The notes: generated from the letters alone by a model not told the origin. DNA of 64,000 nt from Amphiscolops sp. MND2022 (GCA_964187785.1 OZ076409.1:1736001-1800000), one strand, 5' to 3'; shown: positions 27,363 to 41,344, numbered from the stretch's first letter. Translations and numbers: made by a program.

Positions 27363-27718
27363 ATCTTCTTTTCTGGACTTTTATTCTCCCGAATAAATTT
27401 ATCGTCGTTGGCTGAATCGTTGTAGGGTTACATTTCATTGTTATGATGGGTTGGGCATTGGTCAAAACAATTTCCAATAAAAAAGTAACACTGATCGTTG
27501 ATAATGTCTACAGTATTCATGAACTAGTATATTATCAAAATAAGAGAAACAAAAAAAATAGGCAATATAAACATCATATAAAGATAAAAGCACCGAAGGC
27601 TCAAAACAAAATGTTTAAAATTTCGAAAATCCTGGATAACAAATATTGTTGAATACCACTATCTAACACTACATTTTGTTTTCCTCTGTCACTGAGTAGG
27701 CCTCTAAAAACTCGCCAT

Positions 27719-28694
27719 ATGAGCCATGAGTTCTTCGAGCGCCCCGCTCTTCGCATTGAGATAACCCGCCGTTCTTTGGTCATCCCGGAGGAGCGCCAGC
27801 TGATTTCTTCACTCCTCCGTTCTCGGACGTATCACGACTTCTCGCTGAATACGGGCTGCGGTGGATACTTCGACTGTCATGGGTGCCCGGTCGAAGAGTC
27901 AGAAGATTCTTACTACGCGGACATACACATTCCAGTTCGGGAAGTACCAATTGCTAAGATCCATCCCATCAAAACCATGAATGCAATATTGTGAACTTTC
28001 GGACTATACAAATACTCAACAAACTCGAAACTTTATTGCTATCCGTACCAACAAAAATGCTTATATTCAAACGTTTTGTACCCGTGAGGTTCCATTTGAC
28101 GGGCTGTTCCGAGATCTGTTTAGAAAGCAAACAATTGTTTCTTGTAGTTCTATTACTTTCAGCAACATTCCGGTACGGGTTTTCAATGGTTTTCCACTTG
28201 CTTGCTTATGTATTCACTATCAGAAGTACGTCAGAGAGTCGAAAATTGTATGAGGTGGATTTGGACTTTTCGCCGTTGAACGTTTTGTTTACTCAGCAAT
28301 TTTACTCTGTTACCATAGTTGGTTTTCGCCAACTTAACATTTCGGAACTGCTAAATTGTACTCTTACATCTTCTCAATTTCGTGATCCGTGAAAGCAATG
28401 ATGCATTAGAAGATCGTAATACGAATGCAATGGGCTTCCCTTTACTATCGGAGGGTTTTCTCTATGCAGAACATGAGTGTATACGGGGGTCATGACATCA
28501 AAATAGTTTTGGAGGAAGGTGAACAGCTGTTGCTAGAATATCTGTTGCCTGGCTGGGTCGAATTTACCCTATTTCTGCTCAGTCTCTCTATTCCAGATGA
28601 AAGGGTCGAGGGTCAGACGTTTCGGCTCCGATTGGCACAACGAACGCTTCAAAGAGCTTTCAAAAAGACGTCGACTCTGGACTTTTTATCGTAA
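27719..28694 (+). CDS. 3-exon gene antisense to the LTR element (~170 aa, unknown function)
   Basis: Exons 27719-27943, 28163-28225, 28470-28694, all phase 0; acceptors tttcag and tatgcag, donor GTACGT; first donor (GTACCA) is weak. Confidence 0.55.
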
Positions 28695-31600
28695 AAATAT
28701 AACAAACTCTATCATTTTCACCCGAATTTCATCTTTCGTCGCTTCATCCTTACCACCTACCACAAATTTTTATTTCTTCTTTCTTTTTGGCAATTAGCAG
28801 TGGAATAGTTCTACCGAGTCTTCTCTAAATGTTCGAGAAAAAGTTTTGATTGTTTAGGGCGGTCTATCCGTGGTGTGATAAACAACAAGAAGAGTAGGAC
28901 TAGGGAAGGGATTATGAAAAAGGGGATGGGTATGCTCATGGGCACAGTTTTAGAAAATGGTTAGGGTCGGCGGTTTGGGATGAACAAAATTAAAAAGCAT
29001 AGTTTCAACGTTTATAAAAATGGTCTGTTGGTTTGGGTCCTCATAAGAAAAATAGGCACATACCGTTCCCGAACTACTTGCTACATATTTTTGGGCTGCG
29101 AACAACAAAAACTTATATCTTCAAAACTTTAATATCGTTCCTCTAAAAGACAAATGCTATGCGATGCATATTTTCAGCTAGCTTGGTCACAATAATTTGA
29201 ATAAAAAAACTAATTCCGGGAAAAATGAAGTTTAGGTTTGTAATTAAAAACTAATCTTTTCCCACTAGTTTTCGTTTACAATCTTCGCAGTCCTTGTTAG
29301 GCATCCTGGTTAGGCATCTCCTGAACGCGTATGTCTAGTTTCCATCTTCCGTGTTTCTTGTGACAGACCCAGCTGCAGGAATCAGCACTTGCCACAGCCA
29401 CACTTTGCCTTTGTTCCGCACCAGCCTCGCAGTGTTCACTGTCGCAGACACGTCTTGAAACAGGCTTCGTCTGGGAGTCGCACGTGGTTCGTGGTTGGCA
29501 GCACAACTTCCCCTCTGGATCTGTCATCACCTTGCAGGTTTCATTAAATTTACTTGTGTCTTCGTCATATTAACGTGTTTTTCCTCTGTCGTAGATTTTC
29601 CTCGCAGTCCTGTGCTCATCGCTCATCGTGGGGCACTTTGATGGAAACCGATCATCACCCTCTGAGTTCCATGCTTTGAGGTGACCCTCGCTCGCTTGGC
29701 CATTCATCGATCTACAGTTTGTTTCTCGTGGTTCACGCACTGATGCCATCTTAGTGTCATGGCAAAGATGCTTTGGACAACTCCTCGAGAGATTTATGAA
29801 CATCATTCGTGAGGGCGTGTTGAGTGACTTCCCTTCTAGAAATTTTCCACGTGGATTGTCTCGAGAGACTCCACCCAGCTTCTCACTTACTTCTCAGTGC
29901 CTGTTCTCTAAGCCAACGATGAGAACACTCGTTTTCAGACACTTCAGTACGTTCACTTGCACCCACAAGGCAGTCATGAACCACAGAAATGAAGTCCAAA
30001 CTTTTCTCTTGAGTCTTGCCCTGCTTGAATTTGTCAGTTTAATATCGGCTCTGTGGTCTGGCGCTCACTGCGAAGCTGCCCTCTTGACTCGAGAACTCTG
30101 TCCGGGTCTCCTTGCTGTTCATCTTCAACAAACAAGGTCGGAATACCGTGCGACGGCATTTCTGCTTCCGCTGTTTGCACATACATGCAGTTCAGATTGT
30201 CTTGCTTCGCACATCGTAGTTTCAAATCAGGTAGTTCTTCTGTGGGTTTCAAGTCACATTCCTCAGCTTGGGTGGGACATTTCCCACTTTCGACTTCCCA
30301 CGTTTCATCAGTTTTTCGCGAGAGCTCTATTCCTACTTCCAGTGAGAAAGAACATCTCTCACAAGGAAGCGTTGTTACCTCAGCACTCATTAGTTCAACA
30401 CCACCCGCAGCTGCTGCTTCATGGTTCAGTCGAACCAGTGCGCTTTCAATCAGGCCACGTGCTAGCCCATCGATGTGATTCGTCTGAACGTTTATCTCCA
30501 CATCATAATTTACCTAGGCACGTTGAATAATTGCTTCCCCAGATCTGACCAACAAAAGTGTTTTTATTAAATTTTTTTTGTACTCGTGAGGTTCCATTTG
30601 ACGGGCTGTTCTGAGATCTGTTTAGAGAGCAAACAATTGTTTCCTGTAGTTCCATTACTCTCAGCAAATTTTCGGTACGGGTTTTCAATGGTTTTCCGCT
30701 TGCTTGCTTAGGTATTCACTATCAGAGGTACGTCAAAGAGAAGAAACTTGAATGAGGTGGATTTGGATTTCTCGCCGTTGAAAGTTTTGTTTCCTCAGCA
30801 ATTTTACTCTTTTGCCACAGTTGGTTTTCGCCAACTTCACATTTCGGAACTGCTAAATTGTACCCTCACATCTTCTCAATTTCGTGATCCGTGAAAGCAA
30901 TGATGCATTAGAATACCGTAATACGAATGCAATGCGCTTCCCTTTACTAACGGAGGGTTTTCTCTATGCTGAACATGAGTGTATACGGGGGACATGACAT
31001 GAAAATTGTTTTGGAGGAAGGTGAACAGCTGTTGCTAGAATATCTGTTGCCTGGTTGTGTCGAATTTACCCTACTTCTGCTCAGTCTCCCTATTCCAGAT
31101 GAAAGGGTCGAGGGTCAGACGTTTCGGCTCCGATTGGCACGACGAACGCTTCAAAGAGCCTTCAAAAAGACGTCGACTCTGGACTTTTTATCGTAAAAAT
31201 ATAACAAATTCTATCATTTTCACACTAATTTCATCTTTCATCGCTTCATCCTTACCACCTACCAAAAATCTTTTATTGCTTCTTTCTTTTTGGTAATTCG
31301 CAGTGGAATAGTTCTACCGAGTCTACTGTAAATGTTCAAGAAAAAGTTTTGATTGTTTAGGGCGGTCTATCCGTGGTGTGATAAACAACAAGAAGAGTAG
31401 CACTAGGGTAGGGGTTATGAAAAAGGGGGTGTGGGTATGCTCATGGGCACAGTTTTAGAAAATGGTTAGGGTTGTCTGTTTGAGATGAACAAAATTAAAA
31501 AACATAGTTAAAACGTTTATGAAAAAGGTCTGTTGGTTTGGGTCCTCATCAGAAAAATAGACACAGACCATTCCCGAACAATTTGCTACATATTTTTGGG

Positions 31601-34600
31601 CTGCGAACTTTAAAAACTTTTATCTTCAAAACTTTAATATCGTTCCTCCAAAAGAAAATTGCTATGCCTTGCATAAATTCAGCTAGCTTGGTCACAGTCA
31701 TTCAAGTAAATTAACTAATTGCGGCAAAAATTTGAAGTTGAGGTTTGTAATTAATAACTAACCGTTTGTCACTAGTTTTCGTTTACAATCTTCGCAGTCC
31801 TTGGTTAGGCATCTCCTGAACGCGTATGTCTAGTTTCCATCTTCCGTGTTTCTTGTGACAGACCCAGCTGCAGGAATCAGCACTTGCCACAGCCACACTT
31901 TGCCTTTGTTCCGCACCAGCCTCGCAGTGTTCACTGTCGCAGACACGTCTTGAAACAGGCTTCGTCTGGGAGTCGCACGTGGTTCGTGGTTGGCAGCACA
32001 ACTTCCCCTCTGGATCTGTCATCACCTTGCAGGTTTCATTAAATTTACTTGTGTCTTCTTCATATTAACGTGTTTTTCCTCTGTCGTAGATTTTCCTCGC
32101 AGTCCTGTGCTCATCGCTCATCGTGGGGCACTTTGATGGAAACCGATCATCACCCTCTGAGTTCCATGCTTTGAGGTGACCCTCGCTCGCTTGGCCATTC
32201 ATCGATCTACAGTTTGTTTCTCGTGGTTCACGCACTGATGCCATCTTAGTGTCATGGCAAAGATGCTTTGGACAACTCCTCGAGAGATTTATGAACATCA
32301 TTCGTGAGGGCGTATTGAGTGACTTCCCTTCTAGATTTTCTCCACGTGGATTGTCTCGAGAGACTTCACCCAGCTTCTCAATTACTTCTCAGTGCCTGTT
32401 CTCTAAGCCAACGATGAGAACACCCGTTTTCAGACACTTCAGTACGTTCACTGGCACCCACAAGGCAGTCATGAACACAGAAATGAAGTCCAAACTTTTC
32501 TTTTGAGTCTTGCCCTGCTTGTGTTTGTCAGTTTAATGTCGGCTTTGTGGTCTGGCGCTCACTGCGAAGCTGCCCTCCCGCCTCGAGCACTCTGTCCGGG
32601 GTCCCCTTGCGGTTCATCTTCAACAAACAAGGTCTGAATACCGTGCGACGGTTTTTCTGCTTCCGCTGTTTGCACATACATGCAGTTCAGATTGTCTTGC
32701 TTCACACATTGTAGTTTCAAATCAGCTAGTTCTTCTGTGGGTTTGAAGTCACATTCCACAGCTTGATGGGACATTTCCCACTTTCGACTTCCCACGATTC
32801 ATCAGTTCTTCGCGAGAGCTCTATTCCTACCTCCAGTGAGAAAGAACATCTCTCACTAGAAAGCGTCGTTCCCTCAGCACTCATTTGTTCAACACCACCC
32901 GCAGCTGCTGCTTCATGGTTCAGTCGAACCACTGCGCTTTCAATCAGTCCACGTGCTAGCCCATCGATGTGATTCGTCTGAACGTTTATCTCCACATCAT
33001 ATTTTACCTAGGCACGTTGAATAATTGCTTCTCCAGATCTGACCAACAAAAGTGCATTAATTCAATTTTTTTGTACTCGTGAGGTTCCATTTGACGGGTT
33101 GTCCCGAGATCTGTTTAGAGAGCAAACAATTGTTTCCTGTAGTTCTATTACTTTCAGCAAAATTTCGGTACGGGTTTTCAATGGTTTTCCACTTGCTTGC
33201 TTAGGTATTCACTATCAGAAGTACGTCAAAGAGTCGAAACTTGAATGAGGTGGATTTGGATTTCTCGCCGTTGAAAGTTTTGTTTACTCAGCAGTTTTAC
33301 TCTTTTACCACAGTTGGTTTTCGCAAATTTAACATTTCGGAACTGCTAAATTGTACTCTTACATATTCTCAATTTCGTGATCCGTGAAAGCAATGATGCA
33401 TTAGAATATCGCAATACGAATGCAATGGGCTTCCCTTTACTATCAGAGGGTTTTCTCTATGCAGAACATGAGTGTATACGGGGGACATGACATCAAAATA
33501 GTTTTGGAGGAAGGTGAACAGCTGTTGCTAGTATATCTGTTGCCTGGCTTGGTCGAATTTACCCTATTTCTGCTCAGTCTCCCTATTCCAGAGGAAAGGG
33601 TCGATGGTCAGACGTTTCGGCTCCGATTGGCACGACGAACGCTTCAAGAAGCCTTCAAAAAGACGTCGCCTCTGGACTTTTTATTGTAAAAATATAACAA
33701 AGTCTATCATTTTCATATTAATTTCATCTTTCATGGCTTCATCCTTACCACCTACCACAAACATTTTATTGCTTCTTTCTTTTTGGTAATTCGCAGTGGA
33801 ATAGTTCTACCGAGTCTACACTAAATGTTCAAGAAAAAGTTTTGATTGTTTAGGGCGGTCTATCCGTGGTGTGATAAACAACAAGAAGAGTAGCACTAGG
33901 GTAGGGGTTATGAAAAAGGGGGTGTGGGTATGCTCATGGGCACAGTTTTAGAAAATTGTTAGGGTCGGTTTGGGATGAACAAAAATAAAAAGCATAGTTT
34001 CAACGTTTATAAAAATGGTCTGTTGGTATGGGTCCTCAAAGAAAAATAGACACAGACCATTCCCGAACTATTTGCTACTTATTTTTGGGCAGCGAACAAC
34101 AAAAACTTTCATCTTCAAAACTTTAATATCGTTCCTCCAAAAGACAAATGCTTTGCCATGCATATTTTCAGCTGGCTTGGTCACAATCATTTGAATAAAA
34201 AAACTAATTCCGGGAAAAATGAAGTTTAGGTTTGTAATTAAAAACTAATCTTTTCCCACTAGTTTTCGTTTACAATCTTCGCAGTCCTTGTTAGGCATCC
34301 TGGTTAGGCATCTCCTGAACGCGTATGTCTAGTTTCCACCTTCCGTGTATTTTGTGACAGACCCGGCTGCAGGAATCAGCACTTGCCACAGCCACACTTT
34401 GCCTTTGTTCCGCACCAGCCTCGCAGTGTTCACTGTCGCAGACACGTCTTGATACAGGCTTCGTCTGGGAGTCGCACGTGGTTCGTGGGTGGCAGCTCAA
34501 CTTCCCTTCTGGAGCTGTCATCACCTTGCAGGTTTCATTCAATTTACTTGTGTCTCCGTCATAATAACGTGTTTTTCCTCTATAGTAGATTTTCCTCGCA

Positions 34601-37600
34601 GTCCTGTGCTCATCGCTCATCGTGGGGCACTTTGATGGAAACCAATCATCAACCTCTGAGTTCCATGCTTTAAGGTGAACTTCGCTCGCTTGGCCACTCA
34701 TCGATCTACAGTTTGTTTCTCGGGGTTCACACACTGAAGCCGTCTTAGTGTCATGGCGTATATCCTTTGGACAAATCCTCGAGAGCTTTCTGAACATCGT
34801 GAGGGCGTACTGAGTGACTTCCCTTCTAGAATTTGTCCAGGTGGATTGTCTCGAGAGACTTCACCCAGCTTCTCATTTACTTCTCAGTGCCTATTCTCCA
34901 TGCCAACTATGAGAACACCCATTTTCGCGTCTGGACTATCAATGTTGAAGAGCATCATCTCAACTCCACGGTTTCCCTTGTGTCGAGTCCAACATCGATC
35001 ACTCTGTTCGAAGGCGTAGGGTGTCTTGGCTTCTCTCCATTTCGTGGCTTTGCAGCGGCTTCCGGAGGAAAGGCAAGGCCTGTGCTGCACTCAGTCTTCC
35101 TCACACATCAGTGACCCAGCTCGTCCCCAATTAACAAACGACGGCCAAAGCGCTTGATCCCTTCCATTGGAACATCTGGGTAAAGCGTTCCAAGGCTTCT
35201 GACGGTCAGACACTTCAGTACGTTCACTTGCACCCACAAGGCAGTCATGAACCACAGAAACGAAAACCAACTTTTTCTCTTGAGTCTTGCCCTGCTTGCG
35301 TTTGTCAGTTTAATATCGACTTTGTGGCCTGGCGCTGACTGCGAAGCTGCCCTTCCGACTCGAGCACTCTGTTCGAGGTCCCCTTGCGGTTCATCTTCAA
35401 CAAACAATATCTGAATACCATGCGACGGCATTTCTGCTTCCGCTTTTTGCACATACATGCAGTTCTGGTTGTCTTGCTTCACACATTGTAGTTTCAAATC
35501 AGCTAGTTCCTTTGTGGGTTTGAAGTCACATTCGACAGCTTGGGTGGTACATTTCCCACTTTCGACTTCCCACGTTTCATCAGTTCTTCGCGAGAGCTCT
35601 ATTCCTACTTCACTTCCAGTGAGAAAGAACATCTTTCACTAGAAAGCGTCGTTCCCTCAGCACTCATTAGTTCAACACCACCCCCAGCTGCTGCTTCATG
35701 GTTCAGCCGAACCATTGCGCTTTCAATCAGGTCACGTGCTAGCCCATCGATGTGATTCGTCTGAACGTTTATCTCCACATCATACTTTACCTATGCACGT
35801 TGAATAATTGCTTCTCCAAATGTGACCAACAAAAATGATTATATACAAGTTTTTTACTCGTGAGGTTCCATTTGACGGGTTGTTCCGAGATCTGTTTAGA
35901 GAGCAAACAATTGTTTCCTGTAGTTCTATTACTTTCAGCAACATTCGGGTACGGGTTTTCAATGGTTTTCCACTGGCTTGCTTAGGTATTCACTATCAGA
36001 AGTACGTCAAAGAGTCGAAAATTGTATGAGGTGGATTTGGATTTTTCGCCGTTGAAAGTTTTGTTTACTCAGCAATTTTACTCTGTTACCACAGTTGGTT
36101 TTCGCCAACTTAACACTTCGGAACTGCTAAATTGAACTCTTACATCTTCTCAATTTCGTCATCCGTGAAAGCAATGATGCATTAGAATATCGCAATACGA
36201 ATGCAATGGGCTTCCCTTTACTATCAGAGGGTTTTCTCTATGCAGAACATGAGTGTATACGGGGGTCATGACATCAAAATAGTTTTGGAGGAAGGTGAAC
36301 AGCTGTTGCTAGAATATCTGTTGCCTGGCTGGGTCGAATTTACCCTTTTTCTGCTCAGTCTCCCTATTCCAGAGGAAAGGGTCGAGGGTCAGACGTTTCG
36401 GCTCCAATTGGCACGACGAACGCTTCAAAGAGCCTTCAAAAAGATGTCGCCTCTGGACTTTTTGTCGTTTAAAAAATAACAAATTCTATCATTTTCATCC
36501 TAATTTCATCCTTCATTGCTTCATCCTCACCACCTACCACAAATATTTTATTGCTTCTTTCTTTTTGGCAATGCGCAGTGGAATAGTTCTACCGAGTCTA
36601 CTTTAAATGTTCGAAAAAAGTTTTGATTGCTTAGGGCGGTCTATCCGTGGTGTGATAAACAACAAGAAGGGTAGCACTGGGGTTGGGGTTATGAGAAAGT
36701 GGATGTGTGTATGCTCATGGGCACAGTCTTAGAAATTGGATAGGGTCGGCGGTTTGGGATGAAAAAAATTAAAAAGCATAGTTTCAACAGGTATAAAAGG
36801 ATCTGTTGGTTTGGGTCCTCTTAAGAAAACTAGACAAAACCATTCCCGAACTATTTGCTAAATATTTTTGGGGTGCGAACAACAAACACTTTTATCTTCA
36901 AAACTTTAATATCGTTCCTCTAAAAGATAAATGCTGTGCCATGCATGAATTCAAGTAGCTTTGTGACAATCATTCAACTAAAAAACATATTTCAAGCAAA
37001 AAAAATGAAGTTTAGGTTTGAATTAAAAACTAATCTTTTGTCACTAGTTTTCGTTTACAATCTTCGCAGTCCTTGGTTAAGCATCTCCTGAACGCGTATG
37101 TCTAGTTTCCACCTTCCGTGTTTCTTGTGACAGACCCAGCTGCAGGAATCAGCACTTGCTACAGCCACACTTTGCCTTTGTTCCGCACCAGCCTCGCAGT
37201 GTTCACTGTCGCAGACACGTCTTGCAACAGGCTTCGTCTGGGAGTCGCACGTGGTTCGCGGGTGGCAGAACCACTTCCCCTCTGGAGCTGTCATCACCTT
37301 GCAGGATTCATTAAATTTACTTGTGTCTCCGTCATAATAAGGTGTTTTTCCTCTATCGTAGACTTTCCTCTCAGTCCTGTGCTCATCGCTCATCGTGGGG
37401 CACTTCGATGGAAACCAATCATCACCCTCTGAGTTCCATGCTTTAAGGTGACCTTCGCTCGCATGGCCATTCATCGATCTACAGCTTGTTTCTCGGGGTT
37501 CACGCACTGATGCCGTCTTAGTGTCATGGCATAGATCTATTGGACAAATCCTCGAGAGTTTTTTGAACATCATTCGTGAGGGCGTACTGTGTGACTTACC

Positions 37601-38598
37601 TTCTAAAATTTGTCCACGTGGATTGTCTCGAGAGATTTTACCCAGCTTCTCATTTACTTCTCAGTGCCTATTCTCCATGCCAACTATGAGAACACCCATT
37701 TTCGCTTTTGGACTATCAATGTTGGAGAGCATCATCTCAACTCCACGGTTTCCCTTGTGTCGAATCCAGCATCGATCACTCTGTTCGAAGGCGTAGGGTG
37801 TCCCTGGCTTCTCTCCATTTCGTGGCTTTGCAGCGGCTTGCGGAGGAAAGGCAAGGCCTGTGCTGCACTCAGTCTTCTTCACACATCAGTGACCCAGCTC
37901 GTCCCCAATTAACATACGACGGCCAAAGCGCATGATTCCATCCATTGGATCATCTGGGTAAAGCGTTTCAAGGCTTCTGACTGTCAGACACTTCAGTACG
38001 TTCACTTGCACCCACAAGGCAGTCATGAACCACAGAAATGAAGTCCAAATCTTTCTCTTGAGTCTTGCCCTGCTTGCGTTTGTCAGTTTGATATCGGCTT
38101 TGTGGTCTGGCGCTCACTGCGAAGCTGCCCTACGACTCGAGCACTCTGTCAAGGGTCCCCATGCGGTTCATTTTCAACAAACAAGGCCTGAATACCAGCG
38201 ACGGCATTTCTGCTTCCGCTGTTTGCACATACATGCAGTTCTGATTGTCTTGCTTCAAAACATTGTAGTTTCTAATCTGCTAGTTCTTCTGTGGGTTTGA
38301 AGTCGCATTCGACAGCTTGGGTGGGACATTTCCCACTTTCGACTTCCCACGTTTCATCCGTTCTTCGTGAGAGCCCTATTCCTACTTCCAGTGAGAAAGA
38401 ACATCTTTCACTAGAAAGCGTTGTTCCCTCAGCACTCATTAGTTCAACACCACCCGCAGCTGCTGCTTCATGGTTCAGTCGAACCACTGCGCTTTCAATC
38501 AGGTCACGTGGTAGCCCATCGATGTGATTCGTCTGAACGTTTATCTCTACATCATACTTTACCTTGGCACGTTGAATAATTGCTTCTCCAGATCTGAC
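28049..38598. repeat. Tandem array of 4 units: 28049-30549, 30550-33043, 33044-35826, 35827-38598
   Basis: Recurring junction ...tgac|caacaaaa; MQWASLYY and MEINVQTNH ORF variants recur in the units; units 3-4 have an extra ~290 bp. Confidence 0.97.
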
Positions 38599-39300
38599 AT
38601 TTAATACTGAAGAACGCTCAGCAGCTTCCTTGCTTCACGTCGAAGTTTCTCGAAATGGCATCAATTTGCAAATTGTTTCAGGCAGTGCGAGGCTCGCATG
38701 GTTTCCGCATGCAAGTCTCACTATCTTGGTTTCGTAAAAATGTCTAAGAGCTTCTTCCAGTGTCAGCAGTTCGTACGGACACTCATAGTCATCGTCACTA
38801 TACAACTCGCTCAAGATCTCTTCGTTTTCTTTCTCTGACCACTCGTCGTCACTGGAATTACTCCACCATTCGCTCCGTCGAAACTGGTTAAACGCAGTAC
38901 CTTCGTCATCTCCAACGAGATTATCACAATCGTCGTCGCTGTGTTCACATCCGAAGTGTGACGCTTTTCACGCTGATTTTGACCTCGCTACTCGTCCAGC
39001 GTTTGTGTACGCACAGTTTTCTGATTGCATTTTTCCGTTCTAGCATTGGGCAGCATTGGAACTGTTCACGTCAGCAACGTCAGAAGCTCCAGAAGAAAAC
39101 GTTCTTTATTAGGTTCAATCTGAGAAACTCCAATCACTTCGGATGAGAATGTCCGAAACACTAGGTTCTTCCTCCAACTCTACTTCAACAAAGAACTTGG
39201 CTTCCAAAAAGGCATTGTATATAGCTCCCATGAGAGATTCCGATATCTAATGGCAACACTTCTAATAGTCCCATTTCAACTGATCGGCCGTGGCCAAGAA
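37055..39300 (-). pseudogene. Degenerate sense ORF following the PBS (gag position); its 3' part is repeated in each array unit
   Basis: ORF fragments (acidic SDDEWSEKENEE.., EINVQTNHIDG.., MFKKLSRICP..) chain together with few stops/frameshifts; no recognised domain. Confidence 0.5.
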
Positions 39301-39469
39301 CTTCAGCAGCCACTATCTCCAACTGGGGGTATTGCTACTCGGGAACTCTCCAACATCCACTTGGTTCTATTTCTTCAGTCTCCATCTCTCAAGTTGATAT
39401 CTCTGCAAAATCCACCGTTCTCTCTAACAGAGTCCACAAACAGCCACAGTAGTATCAAAAAGAACGGGT

Positions 39470-39488
39470 AGCCCACCCAGGAGCGCCA
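39470..39488 (-). other. Primer binding site, tRNA-Asn-like
   Basis: Minus strand TGGCGCTCCTGGGTGGGCT, 1 nt inside the 5' LTR; its complement AGCCCACCCAGGAGCGCCA resembles the animal tRNA-Asn 3' end. Confidence 0.75.
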
Positions 39489-39489
39489 C

Positions 39490-41344
39490 TGTAAGAAAAC
39501 CCTATTCGTGGCTTGGAGAGAGTTTTACCTCCAATTGAAAGCTTAACAGACAAAAAGTTGTTTGAGTGAGTTAGCCAATTCTGTTGCATTTACTGTCAAC
39601 TTCTCTCTCCAGGTTCGCTCTATCGGCTCGCGTCTTCCACAAACTTCGAGTAATGGAAAAATAAAAACAAAAGTATCGCAAAAATACCACTGGGTCTCTC
39701 AAATTATCAAATCAGTCAAACTAGCTAACTTTCATCAATCGAAGAAACAATCTCCGATTCAGCCAAGTACAGGTTTATCACAGTCACGTGTTCTCTCTAG
39801 CTCACGGAGATAAATGACAACGTAATCTCCGCGAAACTCAACTTGCTTCTAGCTCTCTTACTCAGTTGTGTAAATTCAGATATATTCCAATTCCGCCTCA
39901 ATTGTGTTTGTTCATCAGCCGCATTAGTGTTGTTTCGATGTTGCCCTTTAAATTGCATGCTTTTGACTTCATGCAACCGATTCTCTTTATGACATGGCAG
40001 CGCCCTAGTTATATTTCGTCCAGACATACTCCGCCGCTAACGACAAATACTTCACTAATGGTTGTACAAAGTTCACACTTCAAAAAGACTTCAAGTCACC
40101 CAAGATATTTCTAATATCGGGACAATCCTTCAATGACCTTCAAATACATGGTATACATGTTTTTTACGCAAAAGCGGTACTTTTTCTTATTCTGAGCATG
40201 GTGCATCGCGAATTCTCTCGCCTCACTGAAATGCGTAGGTTATCACGCAAACGGCGCTGATTTTCATGTTTTATCGTAAGTTTCTCTATATGTTCGGGGA
40301 TTGCATCTAAAATGACCTTGAGGTCCATCGTTGACCTTGAAGTTATTCGTCCTCATCCAAAGTTGCTACATGCCAAATTATACAGTCCGAGGGTTAATGG
40401 TCTTCTAGTTACATGATATGTGTATGGTTTGTTTACTTATGGCGGTTGCCCCCGTATGGGTTACGAATACGATTTCTTTCTTGTTAGGAATCGACTACAT
40501 TCGTTGTCACGGTTCGTTTGAGATATTACAAGCGAAGGTCAAATGTCATTTATTGGTCGGGCCCGCGCGTCCGGTCCCGCGTGCCTTAAACAAACTTTAC
40601 TCCGCGCATGGTGGACCAATTATTGTATCTTTCATGATACTTAGGGTTGCTAGGTGAACATCTTCTGTAAGTTTCATGATCATCGGGTCATCTGTTGGGT
40701 GTTTACATAATAATCGGGGTGTATTCACATAGTGTCCGTGCTCCTCCTACACGCGTCGTAGTGTTCCGAAAATATGCGCAAACGGATCAAAATCCTATGG
40801 TCTATCAATTCCATGTATAGCATGACTGATTCCGTGTTTCGCGGACGAGTTCGTGGGGGGGGGGTCTTTTTCGACCTAGGTCAGTTCCGGTGCTAATAGC
40901 CCGGGACTGGGGGAGGTAGCGGGTCGGGTGTCTCGTGTCGAAAGTTGAGTTAACACCTGTATTATATGCATGCCAAGTTTCAGCGCGATCCGACAAGTCC
41001 TTCTCAAAAAAGGGGGTGGTCCTTTTGGGATGCTTCGTTTTTCGCATAATGTAAAAACTTAGTAAATTTTGCTCTCGGGGCGGTCAATTTTAACTTAGCT
41101 AATTCGAACAATCTCATTGTTGACGTCATTAAATAACTTGGTAGTTTTGCCTATGAAGTTTCGTTTACTATGTAAACACCTAGTTTGCCAAATAAGTCCC
41201 ATTGAAACACGCCATTGTCAGCCTTTTCAGCTCTTTTCACTTTTCCGGCAGTCTAAAGATATGATTAACGTAGTTCTGTCTATCGTGTGTACTTCGCGCA
41301 AAACCAATGGATTTTTGTAGACGCCAAAAACTAAAGTTTCCACA
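39490..41344 (-). repeat. 5' LTR (1855 bp)
   Basis: Colinear with 25518-27362, adjacent to PBS and TSD. Confidence 0.92.

Larger units (their letters stand above)
25518..41344 (-). mobile_element. 15.8-kb non-autonomous LTR retroelement (LARD-like) with an internal tandem array
   Basis: TG..CA direct repeats 25518-27362 and 39490-41344; 5-bp TSD GTTCA on both sides; PBS at 39470-39488; purine tract AGAAAAGAAG (minus strand) beside 27362; no RT/IN motifs seen. Confidence 0.92.

Noticed and set aside
29754..30530. 258-aa plus-strand ORF as a real gene
   Set aside because: It is the antisense shadow of the degenerate minus-strand ORF and is broken in the other three units
28049..38598. CRISPR-like array or host gene cluster
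   Set aside because: Units are kilobase-scale homologous copies without unique spacers, and lie between LTRs
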